Assembly (NCBI GenBank): GCA_051294375.1
Contig: CM119265.1
Coordinates: 10,309,042-10,373,041 of the forward strand
From: Paraspadella gotoi
Lineage: Eukaryota > Animalia > Chaetognatha
DNA length: 64,000 nucleotides
Direction of reading: 5' to 3'
Position numbers and translations under genes: made by a program
The notes under the pieces: model-generated
Told to the model about the DNA's origin: nothing
What the model saw: the letters and a program-made list of their open reading frames with translations, nothing else
The model's database searches: none
Shown here: piece by piece, positions 22,101-34,343 of the stretch
Numbering within the stretch: position 1 is the stretch's first letter
How the letters are laid out: each line of letters starts with the position of its first letter

Positions 22101-23507
22101 TTGAATTTTTAAAAATCCGTCCAATGGGGACACAAACTAACCTTCCTGCATCCATTACTAACAGCTGAGCTGATTACAACTCCTAGTTTGGGAGATATCC
22201 GCTCCCTCCAGTTTATCGAGTAAAGAAAAAAGTTACTGTATATTTTTATGAAAAGAAATGAAATGTTTGAAAATTTCGGGTCATCTTACAAATATAGACA
22301 TTGGGGTATGTGTCTGAGCACAACCATAATGACAGCCATTTTAAAGGTTTTCTAGTTAAAACTTATAGAAAATAACAATTTTATCTTTTAAAAAAAATTG
22401 GAAAACAAGCCTGTTGCCTATCTAGTATTTAAACCTTGAAATATATTAATAAGAATTTTTTACATGCTCCCAAAACATTATACAAACTAATAAATGTAAA
22501 AGAAATTAAAATTTTTGTCTCAATTTTTTCACAATGAGTTTAAAATAGAACTATCAAATAAGACGGGAGAAATGTCGCAAAAAAAGCTGCTGGAAGGCAA
22601 ACGCACCAGTTGTTATGATGTAATGTATTAGCAATTTGATTATAAGAACATAAACGTCAGGGAATTATCTAACTAATGAAATGAACAAATATTAATCAGA
22701 TTCAGTAAGTTAAGAGTTATAACAATTGTTTTCATTTCACTCCCATTTGAAAATCGGTGTACTGCAATCGTTGGTCTCGAATTTATAGCTGGACGGATCA
22801 AACTTCTCCCCCACCCCCCGGCCTTCCGCACTGCCTTCCTACTCTTAAACCTGGAACAACATCTTCCTGAGCTTCTTGAGGCCCGACTTAAATGTCTCCG
22901 TCGACTCATCGTCGATGGTCGCCAACTTCTTGGCGAAAAAACAGGCGAGGAATCGGCTCTCCTCGTCTAGACGCGCGTTGCCACAGATTTTGAGAGACGT
23001 CAGAAATGGGAAGGACTTCAAAAAATCCATCTGGCGATAAATTTCAAAATAAAGAATGCCACTAACTCAATAGGGCGTGTTAAATTTTGCTCACTAACTA
23101 TTCGTTGATAACTTGACCTAGCTCAGCTTTGACTGTTATCTAAGCAATCAGCCTCTAACGTGAACCTTTTTGAAATGTACCAAGGATGTTACGAAAAAAA
23201 TGAAAGAGACCCTCGAATTCAAAAGAGAATAAGAATTCGAGAAGAGTCTCGGACGAACCGATTGAAGGTCGTTGTCGGAAACGTCGAGATGCTTGAGAGT
23301 CTCGAGTCGGGCGACTGAGGGTAAATCGTCGAGATCATTCTTGGAGACGTCGAGTGACTCCAGGCAAGTGAAGGACCCGAGATGCTCCAGCAAATCAGGG
23401 CGCTCCTTGATGAGACCCTCCGAAAAGTCGAGTCGCTGAACTTTCTCAAAGGAGACGCCTTTGACTAGAGAGTTCAAGAACTCTCTTGTAGAAGAGGAAG
23501 AAGACAT
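13110..23507 (-). CDS. LRWD1: Leucine-rich repeat and WD40 protein (LRWD1/ORCA-like), at least 8 exons, 3' end not in window
   Basis: LRR exons 23259-23507 (LESLDVSKNDLDDLPSVARLETLKHLDVSDNDL) and 22851-23030. Linker exons ~16840-17004 and ~16450-16650 (PVFFVRCHSANDQKSD, like human PLHFLQCHSKNNSPQD). WD40 exons in 13110-13985 (LATCGGNYVCLIDCEAGKVVLKYK, TAGFRGSIRLL, SEDKTILLW). GT-AG boundaries join in frame where I checked them. Confidence 0.85.
14129..16390. mobile_element. Tc1/mariner-type non-autonomous element (CAGTC termini, TA target duplication) carrying a nested HINE-like insertion
   Basis: ta|cagtcccgtgcaaaaaaaaacgcgccactttatt ... aataaagtggcgcgttttt..tgcacacgactg|ta. Confidence 0.75.
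14803..16146 (+). mobile_element. Helentron-associated non-autonomous element (HINE/DINE-1-like)
   Basis: 5' end acaagtttgagcaaac with sub-terminal gtcggatctgc (14822) inverted against gcagatccgac (~16134-16144); 3' hairpin agtcggaatctgc-tgataa-gcagatccgact then an A-run; (GGAC)n tract; internal 17-bp tandem repeat at ~15448-15640. Confidence 0.7.
19598..20270 (-). mobile_element. HINE-like element, reverse-orientation copy of the 14803-16146 family, with a ~21-bp tandem repeat (~20065-20270)
   Basis: tagtcgaatctgcttatcagcagatcccgact hairpin, (GTCC)n tract and body match the reverse complement of ~15650-16146. Confidence 0.7.
20499..20699. repeat. GC-rich structured ~200-bp interspersed repeat, copy 1
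   Basis: Closely similar to 43068-43268; contains several hairpins. Confidence 0.8.
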
Positions 23508-23724
23508 TTTATTGATTGAGGGTTGTGACTAAATGTGTGACTGCTAGAACTTTTTTTTTTCATTGATGATTATATCGAACTGTCTATTAAAGAATCTCAC
23601 AAATAAAAATCTCACCTAATAAAAATAGCTGGAATAAAATAGATGAATTGGATGATAGCTAGTGATCTAAAAAGGGCTCTAATAAAATTAGAATTTAAAT
23701 CTAAATTACATTTAGCGATACTTA

Positions 23725-24911
23725 CATGGTGACAATTTTACAAGCGCCGGTAGAAATACGCAGTCATTTGCAAACCAGTGGTTATTTCATTGATTTTAAA
23801 AATTAGTTGAGTAGAACATATTAAAGTCATTTATGTGTTCAAATTTTATATTGATCAGTTAAGATATGCCTTGGCAATGAGTGGAGAAAGTTGGCTTGTA
23901 AAATCGGGTTTCATTTTCCAACTCACTGTTTTTAAATTCTTTTTTTTTTTCAACTTTTAGCTCTTTTTTAAACAAAGTATTTATTAAGATATTAACAATA
24001 TTAATATCCTCAGAAAGCCCTTAAAAAATGAAGAGAATGATATACTTACAAAAGCTCTAACATAAAAATTAAGCTGCCCAGCCTTGGTTAAATTAAGAGA
24101 GTCAAAAGTTAATTATCTAAAATTTTAAATCTTTTTTTAAAATATATGACCTGATTAAACTATTATAACATAAAATATTATTATTTATATAAGTATTAAG
24201 TATCAAGAAAGAGCCTGAAATAAGGAGATCAAAATCTTAAATTTACCCTCCAGCTATTGATTTTTGGATAGATGTCTTGTTTTTGAGTATCCTAATTAAA
24301 TTAAAGCTGAGCCGGTTAAATTTTATACTAAGTGAAGATTGGGAGAAAGAATTTAGTAAATTACAAAAATGTAAATAATATTTCTCTCGGCCTAAAATTC
24401 CATTCTCGTTTACATTCCTACTTTGATAAACAAAGTAGTTCATATAAAAGTCATTGTTATTTTATTCTCGCGCTCATTATTATTATTGCATTTTCCCTTC
24501 GATGTTATACTGAAATAAACTCTCGTTCATTTTATTTGGTATCGAATACTTTCACTAAAAATTCCGTCCTCCACTACTACAGTATTTGCAAGTATGTCAT
24601 TCTCTTTAGATTTGAAAGGGCTTTCAGAAAATAATAATATTAATATTATTTTATTTTAAATTTTTTCAGAAAACTTACTAAAAGTAAAAAAAAAATTGAA
24701 TCTAAAAAAGTGAGTTAGAAAATGAAACCCGATTTTACAAGCCAACTTTTTCAACTCATTGCCAAGTCATATCTTAACTGATCAATATAAAATTTGAACA
24801 CATAAATGACTTTAATATGTTCTACTCAACTAATTTTTAAAATCAAAGAAATAACCACTGGTTTGCAAATGACAGCGTATTTCTACCGGCGCTTGTAAAA
24901 TTGTCACCATG
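23725..24911. mobile_element. MITE with ~200-bp TIRs and TA target duplication
   Basis: ta|catggtgacaattttacaagcgccggtagaaatacg... inverted against ...cgtatttctaccggcgcttgtaaaattgtcaccatg|ta. Confidence 0.85.
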
Positions 24912-25690
24912 TATTACTCTTATACTACACTATAATTTGAATGAATAAAAATAAAACTTAAAAAATAAAAAAATAAAAAATTCAAAAGAGGAAACCGTGC
25001 AATATTTTTAATGCAAATTTAACCCAGATATTAAGCAAAAACCAAATTTTGAAAAATGGTAAATTTAGCTATTAATCTTAATCTTAATCATTAAATATGG
25101 GTCGGTTCGTCAAAGATAATTATTAATACAGCCAAAACAAAAACCAGAATTGTCGAACAAAAACTTAACAAAAAAAAAATTAGAATCATGCACAATGTAT
25201 AAAATTATGGCGATAAACTAGCTTGGGAATAATTCACATATATAAATGGTGGTACATTGTAGCGCCAAAAAAAAATTCAATCTTCAAATTCTTTAACTAG
25301 TTTTATCAAAGTACGTTATATCTTAAAATCAGAAACCACCTTTTCGAAACAAAAATAACGAAAAAATAAATGAGTGGTAAATTTTTTTCAATAGTTGCCA
25401 TACAACGAAGAAAAAATGGTAATATTACAATGACTGGAATCAAATCGCAGTGACGCTGCAAAGTATTTTAAAGTAAAATTCAATATAATAAGAGAACAAT
25501 TCTGAATCGTAATAGAATAGTCACCTCCGAACAATATATATAGCTGCTCTTCGATTAGCTTCCGTTGAATTATCTAAACTTGGCAGGGACGCGCCCAACA
25601 AACGGAAATCCACGAATCCAGATGGAAAAAACAGAAGTTTGTCGACAGGAATTTCGAGTAGGAAAAAAGGAATTTCCTTGGTCAGTTTTG

Positions 25691-27237
25691 TCATTGTTCG
25701 AATTGAAGGCGGAATCCGATCCGGTCGCCCAATGAGTCGAGATTCTTGACTTCGACGTCCAAACCGAGATTCGCGGTGACGCCTTTGAAGAGAAGGAATT
25801 GAAGCCCCAGGCGAACCAGGCCGTGCTGATTAACCTTGGCCGAAATGCAGGCGTCTCTGCGTGAATGGGGAGAGAAAAAAAAAGTAAAAATTGTAATCAG
25901 CGGAAATGAGCCTCGAGAAAACAGAAATACGAAAGGAATAAACTTAACTGAAGTATTCAATATTTCCACGGGCCTCACTTTCACAAACCCTATGTCCCGC
26001 CCCCTTCCTCTTACTTGTGGAAGTTGTAGTGAGCGGCGAGGTCGTAGCTGAGATTTCGTTTGGTGTCGGCGTCGGCGTCCCAAGAGAAGCAGGCGCCGGT
26101 CTTTAAGTTTCGGCCCACTAGTTGGTAGACACTCCATGAAATCTTAGAAGCGTCACTGAGGAAGATGAATGCGTTAGGGTGTAACCGAAACGGGAAATGA
26201 TATATGGTCAAACACACATACACACAAATATACATGTATATTGTATAGCATTTTATAATGTAGATTTTCTATATAGATTCTATATAGATTTTCTACTTTT
26301 CCTCAGTCACTGTAAAAAACGAGTGTAGAGTCGCATCCATCATCCGGACGTCAACTCACACGTTAGCGTTGAGCATCCACTCGAAGGCGTTGACGCGCGA
26401 GTGGAGCATGAAGATGTCGGTGGCGCGATAGCCGAGGGATACGTTGCCGTCGGTCACTTGCCTCGTGGCCGAATCCACGACCGACTCCGCGCCGAAGATC
26501 CATCCGTTGCGAGCGAAGACGGCCGCAGCACGGAAGACGGGGTTGCTGAAGATGAGGGGGAGAACATGTTATACAAAGCTAAGAAGATGAATTTAAAAAA
26601 ACAAAGCAAAGTAATATTTTTATTTTAATAATGACCGGGGCCGGAGCAATTTTGAGCCTCTCACCTGAGAGGAACTGTAAAATCTGTGGTGAGTGAGAAG
26701 TGGATATTGGGGCGAAGGAGATGAAAGCCGGCGCCCAGGATGACGTCGCTCGGTTTCGTCGCCAAAGTCGAAGAAAAACAGGCCTGAAGATAAAATGGGG
26801 GGAAGAGGGAGTCAATGTCGTGGAACTTTCTCGTGAAAATTTTACCATTTTTATTATTTTTTAAAATGTACTAAGTCGGTAAAGTCTTTTGCGATTATAA
26901 AGACGAACGTAGACCTTTAGCGGACTTTATATCCACTCATCCATACCTGCGCTCCTTCGAGGGGCTCGACGTCGATCCCAAGCTTCAATATTCCATCGGT
27001 TCCCCAAATGTTCGACAACTTTAGTCCGCCTTTATGCGAAGTCCACGAGCTCTCGAGACCGGCCGTGGTCAAACCCGTTGTCACCTCCCTATTTCCGGTG
27101 ATCAACGTTTCGAGTCGGGCCGCCGATCGTGTCTTGGAGGACAAACCGACGGCGCCGGTGTCGCAAATTCCTTCTTCGACGGCCTCGCGCGCCGCGGCGC
27201 CCAAATCCGCGAAACTCGGAGGCGAAGACGGCGGCAT
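25691..27237 (-). CDS. VDAC: Voltage-dependent anion channel (mitochondrial porin), divergent, 5 exons
   Basis: N-terminal PPSFADLGAAARE (VDAC PPxYxDLGKxARD) and C-terminal SAKVNQHGLVRLG...KNLDSLGDRIGFRLQFE. Exons approximately 26947-27237, 26665-26783, 26362-26545, 26015-26156, 25691-25859. Confidence 0.85.
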
Positions 27238-27842
27238 CGTGGGCTGAGTTTTGTCTATATCTCGATCTTTACGAGTTTATTTTTCTTCGTGGTAATCCGA
27301 CATTTAAAGAGTCAAAAGTGAGCGCGGTCTCGAATAAGACCATGCGAGCGCGCCTCCCTTTCTCTCGCGCAGTGACTGAATGAGTAGAAGATGAAAAATA
27401 AAATAGAATGAATGGCTCCGTGAAAGTACAAACAAAATATTAAATAAATATATCGTAAAGCGACTAAGGTTTTTTAAGAATTTTCTTCTAAAAAATCGTC
27501 AGACCCTCATATATTATTTTCAATGAACCGTTCTTGAAAAATAGAAAACGATGATCAGAGAGTGCGCCGAGACTAATTTACGGTGTGACGATTAAAAAAA
27601 GGGAAAAACAGATTTTTGAGAGATAAAGATGACAGCGCGGTATCAAACCGAGTGGACAGGTTTTTTTTTTTGTTTCGTTTTTAAGTGGATAGAACGGGAA
27701 AAAGATGTGCGAGGTAGAGAAAGATGAAAAGACATACTTCCAGTTAATAAAGTACAAAAAGATCATTAGTAAAATCGTCTTGAAATTATGAGACAATTTC
27801 AAATTTTATGAGCAAAGAGAGGAGAGAGAGAGAGAGAGAGAT

Positions 27843-27884
<42 letters not shown>

Positions 27885-28854
27885 GGGAAAAAGCGATTCG
27901 CTCAAAACGAGAACACGTAGTTACAAATCGATTTAAGTTAATTTGCGTAGCGATTTTCTTTTTTTTTGTTTGGTTTTGTTTTCTCTGTGACTCGAGGACA
28001 ATACAATAAAATAACGTCACAAGAAATGACTAGTTTTGAAAAGCTAGTTCACTAACAGTCGAATTATATTCAGATTACACGACAAACGGTAAAGTATTTT
28101 TTCAAAAAATAAATTACAAAAATGACTCGGTAAAGCTGCTAAACTAAAATAATTCCATCATGTTAAATGGTTGTTAAAAGGTTGTACCATTTTCATAAAT
28201 ACGTATACAGAAATCCAATGTCGGACGAAGACCAACGAAAGCTTGAAAAATGAAACTGAAACTGAGAGCGTGATATAACTGACAGTCTGACAGGATTCAA
28301 AAAAAAAAAAAAAAAAAAATCAGGACTTCCTGGACTCGGCCGGCGTTGGAATTTCTGTAATCATACTTCCGTAAATCAAGACTGGAGAAACGCAAGAATG
28401 AATCAAAATACGACGAATCCGTTTTTAAGTTTGATGGCAACGCTTGTTATGTGTGAATAAAAGCATTCTCGAAGAATAATGGCACGCGGTCGTTCCAACT
28501 ATGTTTGTAATTAATGCCGATTTGATGTGGGAGTCAAGGACTCAAGGTGAAAAGGAGGAGATTGCTTGAGCTCGGACTCGCCTCGACTTCAAAACAAAAT
28601 ATCGAGATAGTCGAAAAGGGGGGAAGGGGAGAAGCAGGATCTACTTTTAACAGAAGATCATTAATTTATTTAGATTTAAGCTAAAGTAGCAGATATTTAG
28701 GGGAAAAAAGTTTGCCCCAACGTTGAGGCGGGGCCCTTGTCATTCATAACGTTGTTCTTCGTGTCCTTTATTGGCAGTCTTTTTTTAAAGTTTGCACATG
28801 AATATTTTTCCACCACTACTTTTCTTCCAACTATTCTCCATCCCACATTCCCTC

Positions 28855-31517
28855 TCACGACAACGTTTTACTTTTGATGAGATCGTTCGACGCCACCGAC
28901 GCAGCGGTGCCGCCAACGTCGCCCCCGCCGACGTTGGGGCCGATGAGGAATTTTTGAACGTCTGCCCGGACAGTTTGGCCGTTGACTCGGATGCGGCCGT
29001 CGACGAAGCTCTCCGGTCCTCCTTTGTCTACGTCCTCATCATCGTCCTCGATGACGTCGTCGTTGGGGCCATCGGTGCCGCGCGACGAACCGGCGTCGTC
29101 TTCCGCCTCGGTCGTCATTCCCTCCGTCTCTACGAAGTAGGCGTCTCCGTCTCCTTCGTCGAACGCCGTTTCGGACGGCGTCGTCGATGAAGGCGCCGCG
29201 GTGGAAACGAATTCGTCTCCCCTTGGTCCGACTAGCCCGGCGTTGAGCGCCGGCGACAAGGGAGGCATAAACGACAGCGTCGGCGGCATCAGCGTCGCAT
29301 GTTGCAGCGACTGCTGCTGCGAGCGCCGAGAAACCGCCGCCGAGGTTGTCGACGTCGTCGCTCCCGCCGAAGAATTTGGCAGCAAAAGCAGCCCGTTGGA
29401 GTCGACCATGCTAACGCTGTTGAAGGCGGCAACGGCAGCGGCAGCCGCGGCGGCGGCTTGAGCGGCGGTCGGAGGCGGCGCCTCGAAAAGCTTCTGCGCC
29501 TCCTCCGAGTCGGGTATCTCCATGCGATGGCGGCTGAGCACGTGACGCCGCAAATGCTCCTTCCGCTTGAACTTGTGCTGGCAAAACATGCAAGGGTGAC
29601 CCTGGACGTTGGTGTGCTGCTCTTTCTTATGGCGGGAGAGATGGTGGGGCTTGGAGAATTCGTGACTGCAGATCTCGCAGAAGAAGGGCGGGCCGGAGAG
29701 ACCGGGACCGCGTTTGCGCGGCGGTGTTTCCGACGCCGCCGTGGCATTCTCGGCGATTATTAGAGGATTGGGATCGCAGAGTTCCAGCGCCATCTGGTCG
29801 GCGCCGCCAGCGGAACCAGATTCACCGCCACCGCCGGTCTCACCGCGCGGAGGAAACGCGTTGGTCTCGATGTGATTCTCGTCTTGAAAAGTGAGATGAA
29901 CTTTTGATTTTGTCTTCGGTCGAATCGGGACGAGTTTGCTCGAGTTGGTTCTCTTGGGGTTTTCTCCGGTCACCGAATTACCGTCGCCACCACCACCGCC
30001 GACTTTGACTTCCAAAATGCGCGGAGTCCCGAAGGAGGCGTTGAGATCGACACCGGAATCATCAGCCGCGGAATGGGAGGAGGCGAGGTCGACGGTTCCA
30101 TCGCCGACCTCGGATTCCATCCTCATCATCTTCTCTTTCTGTTGGAGCAAGTGACCCACCGTCGCCCTCACCTTTCGCTTCTGAGACCCTACCAGTGGGC
30201 GTGGCGGGACGGCTCCCTCGTCCACTTCCGGTTTGTGAAGGGGCGGCGGCGGCGGCAATTCGTCCGCGCCGGACTTCGACACGAGATCTTTGAAGGAGAG
30301 AGCAGCGGCGCCGGCGTCTTCGTCGTCGGCCGTCGCGAACCCGTTGTTGTTGTTGTTGCCCTGAGCGGTTGAGGCGGCGGCGGGGGCCGCGGGGGAGTCC
30401 GACGGACCCGACACTATTGTGGGCACGAATTGAGAAAAGCTGAATTGCGGTTGATGCTGATGCAGGTGCGTCGTTTGACTTTGATGCTGAGGCGGCGGAA
30501 GAGGCGGTAAACCCTCGGAATGGCCTCGCTTTTTCTTCGCCCTGGTTACTTTAGGTGGTACGGGCGGTGGCGGCGCCACCGTTGCCGCCGTTGACGCCGA
30601 GATTTCTCCCATATGTTGCAAGCGAGGCAGGACGGCGCCACCGGGTAAAATCACGGCGCCCCCAGCGCCGAACGTGGCGCCGCCGACCGGAGCAGCATCG
30701 TTGATGGGCGGGGAACAAGAGTCCGGCGTGCTCGGGGCAGGGGGAGGACCCGGCGCCTGTTTCTCGACCAAGGCGTAAGGCTGCAGCGCGGGTAGGGAGG
30801 CGGCGGATGAAAAGAGCGGATGCGGAATGGCTGCGGCTGCGGCGGAGGTTAGGAGGTGAGGCACGAGGTTGGAGACTATAGAGGCGGGGATAGAAGGGAT
30901 CGAAGGGATCAGCAGACCGGACGGCGTCGATGATGGATGCGGCATCAGGAACGGCGACGAAGATACCGGCTCCGTCGCGTCGCCGGCGGCGCTTTCCGGA
31001 CGAGCAGCGTCGAAGGAAGGGGAAGGCGGGACGTCGGCGTCGACGTCGCTTGCGGCGACGGAAGGCGGGCGGGGGATTACGATCGGCGAGGCAGGGGCGT
31101 CGTCGTCAAAGTAGATTTCCTCGTCCTCGGTTCTGGAATTGAATGAATGAATGAATGAATTAATGAATGAATTGAAATAAAATTTCAATAAACGTTCTTC
31201 TCTGGAAATGATATGTCCTTGGAATAAGCGCATAATCCCCAATCCCCATAAAATTTATGGCCAGTGTCTTCGCCAAGCACCGGGTTTCAAATGACTCACT
31301 TGTTCCTGAGCTTGCCCTGCAAAAACTCGTCCTTGAGGGCGCGACGGCCAGCCCACTTGCGTCCGTGACCCGTTTCGACGATGACGAAGATGTTGGCGTC
31401 GGTGATGGTGGAGAGCTTCATCGCCGCCTCCAGCAGAACTCGCACGAAGAGAGACTCCATCTTTTGTCCTTGCTCGATAATGCTCAAGAGGCTGGCCGTT
31501 TGAAATGTCGCCGCCAT
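28855..31517 (-). CDS. C2H2 zinc-finger protein with low-complexity body and MADS-like N-terminal exon
   Basis: Exon 31300-31517 splices in frame (AA|gtgagt...ttccag|A) to the large exon starting at 31132. Two fingers: FFCEICSHEFSKPHHLSRHKKEQH and HPCMFCQHKFKRKEHLRRHVLSRH. The 3' end may continue through a donor near 28855. Confidence 0.8.
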
Positions 31518-32107
31518 TTTCGTAGAAAAAAAAGTTTTTTTGATTGGCGAAAACAATTTTTTTCTGATTTTCTTGGTATTTTTTGGCCGAGCGAACAAAT
31601 TTGCAAATTAAATTTTTTGTAGTCCAAGGTGAAAAGCGCGTAATAAATAAAAATAAATTAACTAAGGATTTCTACTTTTGATGACTAAGATGAGCGAATC
31701 TAGAGGTTTGGGAGGCGCTTGCTTGCACGAGCCATTGTCTTTATAAATTTTTTAAAAAATTTTGTCATGAAGACAAAACCGAGGTGTTCTCCGAAAGAAA
31801 GGCTGAAACGGGAACACGCTGCCCTGATAAAAAAAATTCAATATAGAAACACCATATTAATTAAAATATTATAGTAACAGAACCGAATAATATTGTCGCG
31901 GATAAATCGAAAAAATGACGAAGTAAACAAACGACTACCGAAGTAATCTAACGAGATCTCTCTGTGAACCTTACAGCCATAACTGTACAATAACTGAACA
32001 ACAAGTTTTTATTCTACACCGACATCCGACAGTCACATCGGCATACCGGATTCTCTCGCATGCCGACTTGGCATGCGATTTCGGAATACGGCTCATAGCG
32101 TCAATGC

Positions 32108-34087
32108 CTATGCTTCAACTTCAAAAGGTTTTCCGCAATTTTCGGCCATGTGCAGCATGGTGGCGCCGATATCACTCTTCACGTCAAAGTCGGGCGGAAG
32201 TTGCTCCAAAACTTCCCATCGCTCCTCTCGTCGGCCGAGACGACCTCGACATAACGGGCAGGTGCTGCGTCGCGTCGCCACCCAAGCGTCGATACAGGTT
32301 TCGCAAAAACTGTGGTAGCACGGGAGGACGACGACGGCCGGCGATTCCATGCAGATGCAGCAGATGTCGGTGGCATGATTGACATCGTCCTTGGAACCTT
32401 TGCAAAATGCGTCATCGGGGGAAGAGGCAGAAGAGGTCGAAGCCGAATCGTGAACATTTTCGGCACACGCAGCGCCATCTTCGCCTCTTTGACGTCCATC
32501 GCCGCCTTCTTCCGTCTCTCGCCCCGCAAAAACGACGCCGCTCAAATCGAATCTCGTCCCGCCCTCACGGCGGAAAAGACGCGGCGTCGCCGGAGTGTTG
32601 GGTGGCGACGGAGGACTCGGGCGATCGTAGGGGAGATCGCCGCGAAGAAATGACTTTGAGACTGGAAGACGAAGGGCGTCGAGGGTGAGCATCGATGCCG
32701 CGGGAGCCTCGTCTGTAGTTCGCGTTGATTCTGCTGACTCTCCTTGCGCAATGTCTCGATAAGGGTCTCTACTAGATTCAGAGGACAGCTCGTTAGAAGT
32801 AATAGTTTCCTTCACGGCCGAATCACCCGTTCCACATGGCCCTTCTCGAGCGCCATCTGGCATCGTAATCGGCTCGCCAATCAAAACCTCGGGTTTCTCT
32901 GATGCTCTCGTAGATTCCGAAGATTGCTCAGATACCGCCCCAGTATTATGAGGCATTCCTTCCGCAGTGTCGGCAGACGCTTCATCGGCTCTCCCTGTAC
33001 TTTCTGCGGAGTCTTCGACGTAGGCGCCGTTCGATTTGGCGCCATAATCTGCGGCGTCTCCATCCTCTTCATCGGGACCGCTCGTCGTCATGGTCTCCGA
33101 CTCATCTGTTCTGTCCGCTGTTCTTTTCACATCCGCGTTGGATTCGGACCGGCGGCGACTCTCTTTCCTTTTCTTGGGACTGGCCACGATCTCCACGTGT
33201 TCGAAGCCCATCTCATCCATGACCCCCGAGGAGACGGCCACGGGTTCGTCGTCATTTTCGTCGTCCTCGTCGTATTCGGTGGCGTAACTGATGTCCATGG
33301 CAATTTGGGAGAGGAACTGATCGTGAAGGAAAACGAATTGTGCGAGAGTAAGGCGACGCGCGGAGATTATTTCCCACGGATCTACGAAGGATTGGAACGA
33401 GGATAATCCGTAAATAAACAATTATTAAAAATTTACATTAAGAGTAAAGGATCGTATTGGCCGGACAACACATCCGCTATTATTTTTTTTAACTAGTAAC
33501 AATTGGAATGAAACCTGACGTTCCTCGCGTTCCTCACCTCCCGACTTCAAGACTCGACATATGATGACGACGTTCTTCCTCCACCTCCTCTCAACCAGCG
33601 AACCCGACACGGAGAAGATAATTCTCCGCCTTAGCGGCGAAGTGTAACGCTCCGTCATGAGGTTGAGGTGGTCGATGACGGCGGTGAGACGCGCCGGAGT
33701 CAGCGACGCCGTCCTGCGCAGCGTCACGGCGTTCAATCTGAATCGGTAGTCGAATAATAAACCGATATTTAGTTAGATTTTCAAGAGAAAAGGACCCTAT
33801 TTCAGATTAAATATATTGAATTGCATCGTTTTTCCTCACCTCATGTCCTCCAAGGCGGCTTTGACTTTGACCTCGACGCCGCTTTCGACACCGGCGACGG
33901 CAACGGCGCCGCCAACCCGGAGGCCGACGATGGCGCCCAAAGGTCCGGCGAGACATGCCCCGAGCGTGGCGCCGGCGAGCGAGGCGCCCAAGATGATTTT
34001 GTCCTCGGTCGTCGTCGAACCCGGTTCATCGGCGGCAGCGACGACGGAACCCTCGGGGTCGACATCCTCGTCGAAATGGCGAAACAT
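32108..34087 (-). CDS. RNF141: RING finger protein 141-like E3 ligase
   Basis: Exons 33840-34087, 33538-33737 and 32108-33381 join in frame. The N-domain (ASLTPARLTAVIDHLN..SARRLTLAQFVFL) and the C-terminal RING CCICMESPAVVVLPCYHSFCETCIDAW..CPLCR..EERW match RNF141 as I recall it. Confidence 0.8.
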
Positions 34088-34301
34088 AGCGGATTGTTTT
34101 TGGGCGTAAACTTGAAGAGGCAGTGCGAAGATAACAGCCGACGTCGTCCGATTATCATCGCAAGTTAAGCAGGGCGCCCTGCAAGACGAGCGCGTTAATC
34201 TCTTTCTTACATCGTCTGAAAGAAGGCAAGGGAAAGAAAAACAAATAAACTTTTAAGAACAGGAGTTATACGTCGAAAGAAAATCCAGTCGGATCGCAGC
34301 G

Positions 34302-34343
<42 letters not shown>

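Larger units (their letters stand above)
17290..22238. mobile_element. ~4.9-kb foldback element with ~1.2-kb inverted arms and TA target duplication
   Basis: ta|cagtaactttttctttactcgataaactggaggg... (17290 to ~18520) is the reverse complement of ~21015-22238 (...gagtaaagaaaaaagttactg|ta); no transposase ORF seen inside. Confidence 0.85.

Noticed and set aside
28792-33406. Many plus-strand ORFs over the zinc-finger and RNF141 exons
   Set aside because: Antisense shadows of GC-rich minus-strand coding sequence.
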